Assembly: GCA_030704615.1 (NCBI GenBank)
Contig: CM060731.1
Location: 18,104,001-18,168,000, forward strand
Direction of reading: 5' to 3'
DNA from: Takakia lepidozioides
Taxonomy: Eukaryota > Plantae > Bryophyta
Length of the DNA stretch: 64,000 bases
Shown here one piece after another: positions 53,835-64,000 of this stretch. Every line of letters begins with the position of its first letter. Positions within the stretch are counted from its first letter, which is position 1. Below the pieces are notes generated by a model. It was not told the DNA's origin and searched no databases. It worked only from the letters and a program-made list of their open reading frames with translations. The translations under genes were made by a program, and so were the position numbers.

Positions 53835-54240
53835 ATATCGACCGGGTATTTGGAGATTCAACCCTGGGGACTATGTGTATTTGCAGCAAACAGCACCTAC
53901 GACCTTGGATGTCACAGCAGGACGTGTGGTTCTACGGGTACGAGAGGTGTTGCCTTCAGGAGTGTTGATTCTGGAGGGTCAAGATGGCATGGTATGGGAG
54001 GACCATGTGCGTAATTATGCGCCATGTCACCTTCCACATGTGGATGGGAGGATAGATCCCAACCTTGCAGTGGTACCTGCAGGGTTGCGTTGCATGCTAT
54101 GTGGGCATGCTGGTGGTGCAGCCACCATGCTGGTATGTGATAAATGCTCAAGGGGGTGGTACATGGGATGCTTGACACCGCCACTTGAGGAGGTTCCTAG
54201 TGGAGAATGGTTGTGTCCACGATGCCTTGGACAGAGGTAG
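53835..54240 (+). pseudogene. Integrase C-terminus plus PHD finger
   Basis: Rejoins in frame across TSD ATA as RGGGYRPGIWRFNPGDYVYLQ and ends CMLC...LVCDKC..GWYMGCLTPPLEEVPSGEWLCPRC (C4HC3-type PHD with His replaced by Tyr). Confidence 0.88.
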
Positions 54241-54498
54241 TGGGACATAACAGTGGTGAGGTTGACAAGTGATCCAAGGTCTAGCTAACGAGAGTTCAAT
54301 GCCAGGGACACCCAATTGAAGCCATGGATTGCAGGAAGGCGAGTAACGATGGGGCTACTTTTGCACCCGACTTCTTGACCTATTGACTTCAGATACTGGG
54401 ACTTGGGCGATTGATGACCAAAGTGATGATCTTATTGGGATGGATACTTGTCAGCTATCCGGTGTTAGATGGACCTAATCACCAGCTAGGGGGGCGAT

Positions 54499-55086
54499 TG
54501 TGGCATAGCTTTCTAGGATTGTATGCTTAGGATGTGTGATAGACATCGATGTATGTTGTGGCACGATGCTTAGGTGCACGACAGCTGTCATGGTTTTAGT
54601 CATGGTTAACTAGAATTACCTATTTCTTGTTAACTAGGACTTTTGGATATATAAATGTGTATTTTGTGTGTTGGGATTTCATTTGGTCTCACATGCCAAG
54701 TGAGGTGTCGAGCCTCACTTGAGACATGGGGATAGGTTTCCCCCTTGTGAGGATAGATGATGCTCATCTTCTTGTAGTTGAGCCTCCATGAGCCTCTCTC
54801 ACCTCCATAGCTCTAGGTATTGAGAGGGAGTGTGTTGAGGGCTTTGTAGGGTGGATTCCCTCAGCAAGGGTGCCCTTGGCTTGACTTAGTTTATGTGATA
54901 GAGTGGATTTCACTTGGAAGGACTAGGGCTTGTTTTTAGTTGCTTCATGCTATGAGAGCTTTCATTGTCTTCCACTTCTCTCATTTCTCATCTCTTATCA
55001 TTGTGGCATAGCTTTCTAGGATTGTATGCTTAGGATGTGTGATGGACAACGATGTATGTTGTGGCACGATGCTTAGGTGCACGACA
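54499..55086 (+). repeat. 3' terminal repeat block B1 (54499-54583) - gc - A2 (54586-55000) - t - B2 (55002-55086)
   Basis: The 85-bp B segment TGTGGCATAGC...GCACGACA occurs twice around A2 and is absent from the 5' end. Confidence 0.9.
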
Positions 55087-55165
55087 ACAATCACTATGCT
55101 AAATATTATCATAATCCCTCATTGTTTTTTTAACCACCCTCTGTCCATCCATTAATGATGAGTCA

Positions 55166-56215
55166 CACTACAAGAGAAACTGGTTTTTTTTACACATTTT
55201 TTTACCACTGCAGGTGTAAAAAAAGCCACCTGCTCACATCCCCCTGGGTGTAAGGTAAACCGTGTTGATTCCGCGACCCTGTAGAAAAAGCCAGTGGTGT
55301 CGAAAAAGCCATCTTACACCCATCTACACCCTGACGTGGCGCCTGGTCTGTCTGGCTTTTTTGATATGGTTTTTTTTACACCCGTTTTGACTGGCTTTTC
55401 TTACATCCATTTTGACTGGATTTTTTGACAGCTTATCTTACATCCTGCTTGATAATGTGGCGAATTAAAAATTAAAAATTCAAATTCAAAATTCAAATTT
55501 TAAATTTTGGCGGTTCAAAAATTCGAATTTTAAAATTCAAAAATGCAAAATTTGAAATATGCATTGACTGTTGATCCCGCCTCATCCCAGGTCAACGGTT
55601 GACCGCACACCATCCTACACATTACTAAACAATACACATTTGATCCTAAGACCTCCTCATAATAGCAACACTAAGTCAGTATACACTAACCAACACACCT
55701 ATTACACATACATGCACAACATAAGTGGTTTGATTGTATATAAACATAACAAACTTTGCCCTACCAATGTGGCATAATCCACACTAGTGTAAAATAAGCC
55801 CAGTAACCTTTTTCACACCATGTCTACTTAGCATACCACCTCTGAGTCCCTTAATCGACGTGTACTACTAATGTGGTATAATTTACACTAGTGTAAAATA
55901 AGCCCAGTAACCTTTCTCACACCATGTATAGTCAGTATACCACATCATATAGCTCCATTGTGTGGATTAACTTTACTATATGGTTCATTCTCACACCGGT
56001 GTGAGATAAGCCTTGTACACTGTTGGACATCTTCTTGGTCAACAACCGTTGACCACAGAAGGTGTGAGCTTGGTGTAGACTAGTCTACATGAAGCGGTTT
56101 TTCTTACACTGGCTCATTCTACACCATCGAAATTTTACAGTGGTGTAAAATTTTGTGTAAGAAAAGTCAGGTGTGAATACCTTTGTTGTAAAAAAAACCA
56201 GGATCTCTTGTACTG
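55166..56215. mobile_element. Small non-autonomous CACTA (MITE-like, 1050 bp)
   Basis: TIR CACTACAAGAGAAACTGGTTTTTTTTACA vs reverse complement CAGTACAAGAGATCCTGGTTTTTTTTACA; TSD TCA on both sides; TACAC(C) subterminal repeats. Confidence 0.9.
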
Positions 56216-57354
56216 TCAATAGCTAAGTCGAGTAAGTGGACGGACAAGTGGTTTGATGTATCTATATGATTATTTTGATGACCAAGTTGTAGCCCAGTGG
56301 TATGGGCACAAACCACCTCGGGAGTGGTTGTGCCTTCAATCCAGTGGCAGGGTATGCAGAAGAGCCATCCTTGGTGGCCGATCGAATGCGCTTATTGTTT
56401 ACGACCCTTGAGGTCCATTTTCTCTCCCTTAAAGGCGTCTACCTTTATATATATCCTAGATGTTAAGTACATATGCAAGTCTCAAATTTGGCCACATCTA
56501 TGTATACATCCTAATATAAATCCTTATATACCTAGAGGGTATATGTGGGTACTCTCCCCAACTCTAGTTTAAACCAATGTTGGCCGAGTATAGCATCTGG
56601 ACCCGGAGCTAATGTAATTGGAGTAGAGGCGGCTCTAGATAATATAGGTGTAGGTGGAGTAAATAAGCCTGAACAAAACGTGTCATTCTCTCTGGCTCTT
56701 TTTTCTTCGTTGTGACATTGTGACACAAGTACTGCCGGTTGGGGTTGGTGATGCAGTATAAGATAGATACATTACAGGTGGACACATTCTGATTGGAATT
56801 CTGATGTAATATTACTTGTAATCATATATTTACCATGGACCTGTGGAAAATTAGGTGCACAACATTTAGAATTTTGATGTCAAAGGATGTCCTAGTAAAT
56901 AGGAAATTAATTAGTTGGCATTCGGCTAAAACACAGTTGTAAACAATCTTAGTGTAAAAGCAGTTTTGCACGTGACATACACACTGAAAATTCCAGAAAA
57001 TAATAAAATAAATAAACAATCTGATAACCTATGAAACCGGTATTTTTAAGATGGCATACCCGATAGATTGAGAACTGGACACAAAAAAAAATCATGTGTA
57101 TGAGGATCTGTAACCGGGATGTTTTTCAAACTTATTAGGATACCCTACCTTGGCCATTCATTTTTTTCAAAGATGCCATAACCAGGAGTGGAAGAAGGCT
57201 CAAAACATGGTACCCGGGCAACACTCATTTAAACCCACATGGCACAATCACTAGAAGTGGTGTACAGTCTACTATGGATAAGTATTACCCCTCGGAGTAC
57301 CTAAAATGTAACACTTGGAGAGATCTAACAAGATATCATATAGAGAAACAACCA

Positions 57355-57505
57355 ACATGTAGCCTAGTGGTAAGGGCATATACCCTCTTACGAGTGGTTG
57401 TGGGTTCAAAACACCCTCTTGGTTGTTACAAAGGTGTCCACCTTCGTACCGGAAGGCAGTAGCCCTTTTGGATCAAGTGACATCATAAGTTACGCTTGCT
57501 TCGGC
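57355..57505 (+). mobile_element. tRNA-headed SINE-like repeat (copy 2); a similar head lies at ~56288-56350
   Basis: GTAGCCTAGTGGTAAGG...GGGTTCAAAAC followed by a body similar to 5190-5345. Confidence 0.5.
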
Positions 57506-58074
57506 AACGTCCACCTTTTCAGATAGAGAGGAAGAATTCAAAATATAACACTTAGAACTACATCATTTATCCAAGGCATGACATACAAATTGTAACATTT
57601 ACATACTAGAGCAACTTTATTCATGTGAATAGAGTGGAATTGTTTGCACAAAAATAAGAATATAATGTTTATCTGTTTGTTGGTGGAATGACTAACGGGC
57701 CACAAACCTGGAAAAACCCTAAAAATAACGGAGAAGACTACGCGTACCCAACGAGTTGAATGCAAGCGTGGGAGCCTTGTCAGTAAGGTTGCCGGGATGG
57801 CCGTACCGGCGTTGTTCCGGCGTGACGCGCTGTCAAATTCCCCCCTCCCCCACCCTTGCTACCCTCTCACCTATGAGCCTGAATTATAGAATTAGACATT
57901 AGAAATCCAAAGATTTGGCAAGAAGTGGATGATAGCATGGTGGCTATGTGATACACCTTATAAGGATCGGGTTTGAGGTTCAATTTGTGGTATTCGAAGC
58001 ACATTGAGTGATTGGTTGCATATGTGATTAATTAATTTATTTTTCATCTCCAAAATAATTCCAAGTCCAAGATC

Positions 58075-58360
58075 CCAGCTCCGCTCCCATGTTCCTAGTA
58101 TCCGCTCCATTGCTGCCTTCCTTGCTTCCAGTCCCGCTCCCCTATCCTTGAAACCTTGTTCCCGGTCCCCTCCCCGCCCTGTGGAACATGGCTCGCCCTG
58201 TTCTCGCTCCCCCTCGCCCTGTGGAGTGCGGCTTGCTCCCCTGTTCCCGGTCCCCTCCTGGCTCCTGTGGAGCGCGGCTTGCTCTCCTGTTCCCGGTCCT
58301 TGCTCCCCTCCTCGCTCCCTTGTCCCACTATGGGGAGCGGGGATCAAGGAGCGGGAACAT
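58075..58360. repeat. Degenerate tandem repeat (CCTGTTCCCGGTCCCCTC / CCTGTGGAGCGCGGCTTGCTC units), partly palindromic
   Basis: Several ~45-bp units visible; CCGCTCCCATGTTCC and its complement GGAACATGGGAG are both present. Confidence 0.6.
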
Positions 58361-60420
58361 GGGAGAAAATTGGAGAATGTTTGGGAACATGGTCCTAAAG
58401 GTGGGGAAGATGAAGAGGGAACACGAGGTGTGGAGCGCTCCCTACCTTCCCAGTGGGGGATGAGATTTGAGTGGCCGGAGCCTCCCGGAGCTCCGGCAAC
58501 GGGCCCATCACCTCACACGCTTTCCTTAAACTCGTTGGGTAAGCGTAGTCCTCCCCAAAAATAACACTTTAAAAGGGTATTTTAACCCAAAAAAAATTAT
58601 ATAATATTTTCCCTACAAAAATATAAAAATCCTATCATACATAAGATAAGGTAAGATAAAGTTTGTTTAACGTCGAGTGAAATTACAGAGCCTACTGCTC
58701 AACACACATGCCATCGAGGGCCCAATGGACGGTTTGAAGGAACATGTCGAAGGATCAAAGGACTCGGCTACCTGCTCAAGTACATAGAGAAATAACAATT
58801 ATCCCTCTAGCTATCACTTATCCACAATGGACTATATGCCTTTACTACTTTTATTTTTTTTCATTTTTTGTTTTACCTTACTACTTGACTTAATGTACCC
58901 TGGAATGGTCGAGCAGCAGCGCATAACGCTGTGTAAGACGTCGGTAGGGCGAGACACGCGGCGCGCACAGCGTTCGGCACTGCTGCGAGGCCTTTCCAGT
59001 GCGTTAAGGGTTTTGAGTGTTTATGTGCCACGTGTCATATTATTATTGGGAAAGAAGCGAAACAGCGCATTATGACCGTAATCTGCACTTAGGGCGCATT
59101 ACGTCCGTTATGTGCAGGCTATCGCGGACAGTGGAATATATTGAATATTATTAGTCTGTTATTTGGCGTAATACACACCCAAAATCCTTAACGTTGGATG
59201 TATGCCAATTAGGCCACCGGGGGAAAGGACTACCTTATCGAGAGCAACTTGCATCAATGTTTCCCGCCATTTCTTATATTTTAAATATTAAAGAATATTA
59301 ATTTCTAATATTTTTATCAGTTTTCTTTTCAAATAAAAAATAAAAACAAACACTTATTTTTTAAATATATTAAATAAAATATAACAATGCTGACGTGGCA
59401 TTTCTCAAACCCGGTGTCAAGTGTCAATGCCTCTATCTAGAAAGGAATATATCTGGGAAGCTTCTATGAATGGTGAGCTGGTGTGGCAGAGGATGAACCT
59501 GGGCCTCCTTGATTCCTGAGCCATATCTGAGACATTGATTTACCATCCCTCACATTTGTCAACACTCCCCTCTATATACAACAGAATTTGTCCACACACA
59601 GAGACCTGGAGAATATACAAAACACTGTAATTGATCCCAGTGTATCCTTTCTTGAAGGTTATATTAGACTGAAAGTTATCCGCTAACACAACATCATGCA
59701 TGCCACTCATCAGACTATTGAGTCTGTATTAATAAGTGCCATTGCAACAATAAGCACAACTGCAAACTACTCAAAATAATGTGTTTTTCATCTTGCAAAC
59801 CTGGCAGACCCCCCCTCAAAAGCAAATAAACTGTGTGAGCCAATTCACTATACACCAGAAGAAGGTTTTAGATTTCCTCATTGCATGAGGAGGGCTTTGA
59901 GGGAGAGGCAGGAGGGTGAGGAAGACAAATCATTAGTGTATACTGGCCATGTGGTCACACACACTGCGCTCAGCTTGGACAGGCAGATGTTTTCCATGTT
60001 TTCCAAGCGTTGTTTGAGTGGGGTCACTGAGCAGAACCCTGCCTATAGCCAGCCAGACATCTATAGGCGATGTTCCACTGTGTACTGTGGACTGGTGACA
60101 CTTGTGCTAAATCACAGGTTTTGAAAAATCTAAGAATAACTACTAGGATAGCCGGTGATGCCTGGGAACCACCGGCCAGCCTGATACCTGCCAATGACCC
60201 TATACATGACCTCATTGTTGAAGGCTAGTTGAGACCCAACATTGTACAATTAAATTTGACATCAGAGGTCCCCAAAAGGGCCTTCACCAGCGCCTCTCCT
60301 ACTTTCAAAAATAAAACAGAGAGAGGGAGAAAGGTCCCAATGGGTGGTCCCAACTGTGCAACTGGCTTCAATTGTTGGCATTGGTGCCACTAAGGTAAAT
60401 GCTTGAGTATATCGATGGGT

Positions 60421-63400
60421 TTAGGGGTTTGTTCTCATCCCTCTCTGTTGAGACAAAACACGCCCTTCTGGGAGACAGCTCTCCACACGACCAAACCTGC
60501 TGGGAGGCCAAATCACGTGCGTAACCTTTCCCCTCATCAATGCCAAAGGAATCTGCAACCCCACACCACAGACCCTAAGAAACCAACATACAAACCGAGT
60601 TCAATTGAGATGCATGACTACTCTAACGCATTTGTGTCATACGTACTGGGAAGTAGGATTCAAGCACAAGTCTCTGACTTCTGGCAGCAAAGAGTAAAGC
60701 AACGAGAGAGCCAGGGTTTAGCCAAAGTTATGAATAAACATCCTTATTTGACATAGTTCAGCCTTTGGGAGCGGAGAGGACTCACAGGGCCAAAGGACTT
60801 GGAGTCCAAGCTCACCTCCCCATTGTCCCCTTCAACCCAGCAATGACCTTTCGGCACCTGGAGCAACATCCAGAACAGCCTATAAGAAAAATCAACCTAC
60901 AGCCAGATACACTGATGACACTAAAATTGGAAGAGGAAGAATCCTATCTGCAATTTTGGTTAAAACAGGACCTGGAGAATCTCGTATGTGCCTGGCACAG
61001 TCACCCAATCACCCTGCAAAGCAATCAATCTCTTCACCATCCACATCTTGGGTTCCATTGGGGATCTGCAAATCAGGTCATTCTTTGAATATATCAGACA
61101 GGATCCACGAGGAAAGTCACCAAGGAGGCAGGATAGCCCACAACCAAAGGTGCACAAGAAATATCTGAAAGGCACCCTGGTCAAGCCTTGCATTAGCTAT
61201 GCAGATCAAGAGAGATGATGCTGACATACTCATAAGACTTCTTTCTCTTTCTTTGACTGCAATGCTACAAGGAAGCCAAAAGAATGCAATCATAAGACAT
61301 TGTTTGCCGTAGCCTTGTGGCCCTTGACCAGTGCTCAGTTTGAGCGAAACACAAAGGGACAGAAACTACCCTTGTCAGGGGCTGACACCAGTAGTATGAC
61401 TTACCTTGGAATAGACAACTGCTCTGAGTTTTCCAGATATCCTCTAGAAAACCCTTTACACAAGCATCAATCTGCTGTCTGTGGTTTGCCCAATAACTAG
61501 GCCCCAAAAGGGCCTGGGCTTTTGGCTCAGCCTCGAGACTTTCATAGTTGGAAAACAGAGGTACAGGCACAATTCTCTTGAATGATTTGAAGAGGACGTC
61601 TCTCTGGTGAGAATACCCAGGACAATGGATCAGAAAGTGAATAATGTCTTCAGGTTGCCCACACAACGGGCATTTGCAATCCCCCTTTCCTCTCTGCTTC
61701 TGTTTGCTGTTCAAAGGTAGGCTTCCTGCCCTGAGTTTAAATTTCAGTCTAGTGCCGAGGAAGCCAAAAGAGAGAGAGGAGAAGAGAAAAAGATGTATAT
61801 AGAGAGCCTATGAGAGCCTAGTAAACTAAGAGGTAACCAATGATAATATGTGAGAGCCACATCCATGATAAAGAATAGAAAACCACACCGGGACAAAGCT
61901 TCAAGGAAAGACACACAGAAGGAGAAATTTAAGAATGCTGTCTCATGGCTTAGAGAGTGACTCAAAGAGTACAAGACCAATCAACACTACACTCTATCAG
62001 TTGCTATAGGAAAGCTCCACAGTTAGGACTTGAAGAAAGAATCTGTTCTTGATCATTTTGAATAGATAGATACAAAGGGTGAAATGCCAAATATGTATTT
62101 ATTCGTGCAGAGAACAGTCCTTATTTACTTCCCAAAGAGACAAAAGCATGCCCTTCATCTAACAACATGAACATAGTGAGATGTACTCCATAGATCCAAA
62201 ACCCAGTTTCGATGCAGAAAGAAAGGGCACAAGAGAGGGAAGACTGATAGGAAGAGATCAGAATGAGGGTAAGGACATGGAGAGTGAGTCATGTACTCAG
62301 AAGACCATGACATTGTGAGAAGATATCAATATGTAAAAGGCTGCACCTGAACACCACAACATCGCCACGAGAGAAGCTGTAGGTGCGAATCGAAAGTTTC
62401 TCTAAGAAAACCAAGTCGGACTTCAGATACCCCAAGGCATCGTCTCCACCAGGGTTGAGTGTAGGCTGCATAGACTGGCCATGCATAGTTGCTACACTGC
62501 CAAATCTGTTCAAGAGGCAGAGATAGTCATTTACCTGCACCAGGGCTACAAACCTATCCCAATAATATGAACTTAAAAACTCCTTATCTCAATAATATAC
62601 GAGGAAAAAGCCTAAACGATCCTCAAAACACTGAAGGTTTGGCAACTAGGTTCAAGTAGGTTTGGCTGCCTCTTCTAACAGGGGCGCCCGCGTCTTTCCC
62701 AGATCCAAATGAGGTACATTGATGGGTTTTATCCAGGATTTTGGAAGGACCCATCCCGCTCCCTGTTGGTTTGCTTTATGAAGAGTGTCTTTCCAGGCAC
62801 TCCAAACATTTATATTTGCTGCAACGTGTCATCCATCATATAATGGTCTGATGTCCAGCATGGAAGGAAAATCCTGCATCATAGAGATAGGCTGGAAACC
62901 ATATAGGTCACTGCCCTTAACTCGCTGTCCCTTTGTCCAGACCCACAAGTGTTGCTGTAGTAATTAACATTATCACCTGATGTGTATAGCGACGCTAAGG
63001 AGTGTGGATGAAATTTTCAATTCTTTAAACTTCTCAAGACATACCTCCTTCGGAAGTTAGTGAACAAGATTGCAGGCCAAGGTTGTAGCTCCCAAGGACA
63101 TATGAACACCTGAAGTCTGAAAAAGACTACTCTCAATTTCTCCTCAGTTTTGGACAACAAGTACAATTCGAGCATCTGAAGGGCTCCCTCATTGGGCACT
63201 AGGCTATAATTCAACCTAAGAATGGGTTGCATACTGCTGGGAGTAAGAAAAACCATTAGGGACCAAGAGATCCATGCGGTGGGCTCAGATTTTCTCATAT
63301 GGGAAGGAACTTTCTGGAGGATAAGGGAAGGCAGAATCAATTTCATTTGATTAGGTCAGCACAATTACTTAGCGCAAGCCTTCCAACATGTCACTGGCCT

Positions 63401-63884
63401 CCATTCTGATATCGCCCCCTACTGCATCCAAACTGGACACTGGTTCTATCGCAACAAGCCTAGCACGAGCGAAGTCTGATGCTAGATCTCACCTTTGACT
63501 CTAAAAACTGTCAATCACGATTTCTGGCAAATTGGCCACAGCTTCCTGAATGAAGCGATTTTGAGGGTTTATGTCTATCGCCCCTGCATTTCCTTAGCCA
63601 GGTCTGCAGCAAAGTAAAAATACCCAGCTCCAAGGATTTGAAGCCATGGCGAGTCACGACCCTTATTTAGTTTGAAACCTAGTTGGATCCCGGTGAAGAT
63701 TACCAAAATGCACCTGAAAAAGTTCCCCGCCTAATATATCATGCAGTCCCCTAGACTCATACGCAAGTGAAACCTGTGTAACATGAGTGTATGTGAAAAA
63801 CCTGTCAGAAATTGTACCGCCCACGACCGCCCCCGCCATTACCCGCTTGGTCAGCAGCCATAGCCAACCCCCAACTCCCTGCAT
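60421..63884 (-). CDS. IMP2: Mitochondrial inner membrane protease subunit 2 (peptidase S26), 5 exons: 63884-63802, 62505-62347, 61065-60972, 60857-60786, 60552-60421; 179 aa
   Basis: GQSMQPTLNP (catalytic Ser), RGDVVVFRSP, VKRLIALQGDW (catalytic Lys), VPKGHCWVEGDN...DSKSFGPIP and VIWPPSR. All introns are GT-AG, phases are consistent, and the spliced length is 540 nt. Confidence 0.93.
61265..61740 (-). mobile_element. LINE 3' remnant in IMP2 intron 2
   Basis: CPLCGQPEDIIHFLIHCPGY matches the C-terminal CCHC motif of LINE ORF2. Confidence 0.7.
62600..63700 (-). mobile_element. Possible LINE endonuclease remnant in IMP2 intron 1
   Basis: Weak, broken resemblance to APE motifs (GGDI, LLVPNG, LNYSLV, GSD). 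Confidence 0.35.
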
Positions 63885-64000
63885 CGACCTTTTGTCCCTC
63901 ACTCTTCCTTCCAGGTCTGTGACCTCACCATCTTCTTCCTGGAACCATGGCTTTCTAAGGATACCACTAACTACTCATCACCCTCCCCTAATCACTACTA

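Larger units (their letters stand above)
19075..55086 (+). mobile_element. Ty3/Gypsy LTR retrotransposon carrying a C5 DNA methyltransferase and a PHD finger, interrupted by nested CACTA elements
   Basis: Termini TGTCATG...CACGACA with ACAA on both flanks (19071-19074, 55087-55090). Domain order is gag-PR-DNMT-RT-(RH)-INT-PHD. PPT-like AGGGGGG at ~54488-54494. Confidence 0.88.

Noticed and set aside
19075-55086. Classifying the element as a DIRS/PAT/Ngaro tyrosine-recombinase retroelement because of the split repeats
   Set aside because: It has a protease, an HHCC-DDE integrase, a PPT and Gypsy domain order; no tyrosine-recombinase motif was seen.
58979-59133. CACTG...CAGTG mini-element
   Set aside because: TIR similarity is weak and the flanks (CGG / GAA) do not form a TSD.

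Overview
Land-plant nuclear DNA; a non-seed lineage is my inference from the abundance of PLS-DYW PPR sequence and the TE types. Two intact host genes flank the window on the minus strand: a 4-exon plastid heme oxygenase (HO1/HY1-like, 2261-4530) and a 5-exon mitochondrial inner-membrane peptidase IMP2-like gene (60421-63884). Between them is a nest of transposons, most with readable termini and TSDs. (1) A 9.8-kb Pack-MULE (5838-15599, 9-bp TSD) has ~2-2.5-kb inverted arms containing captured ARF, PDF-domain and PPR exons around PPR/PPR-DYW pseudogenes. (2) A Ty3/Gypsy retrotransposon (19075-55086, ~9.7 kb once nested inserts are removed) encodes gag, protease, a DNMT3-like cytosine methyltransferase, RT, integrase and a PHD finger, and has split/permuted terminal repeats (A...B-A-B). 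(3) Three CACTA elements are nested inside it: one splits the methyltransferase just before its catalytic motif, one of 19.8 kb splits the integrase, and one inside the latter bears a degenerate transposase. All three carry pieces of the same PPR family. The fragments reconstruct a putative ancestral gene in which an OSB-type PDF ssDNA-binding motif precedes a PLS-E-DYW RNA-editing PPR. Also present are a pogo transposase remnant, a piggyBac-like MITE, a CACTA MITE, tRNA-headed SINE-like repeats and LINE remnants. All TE and PPR coding sequence here is interrupted by stops or frameshifts.
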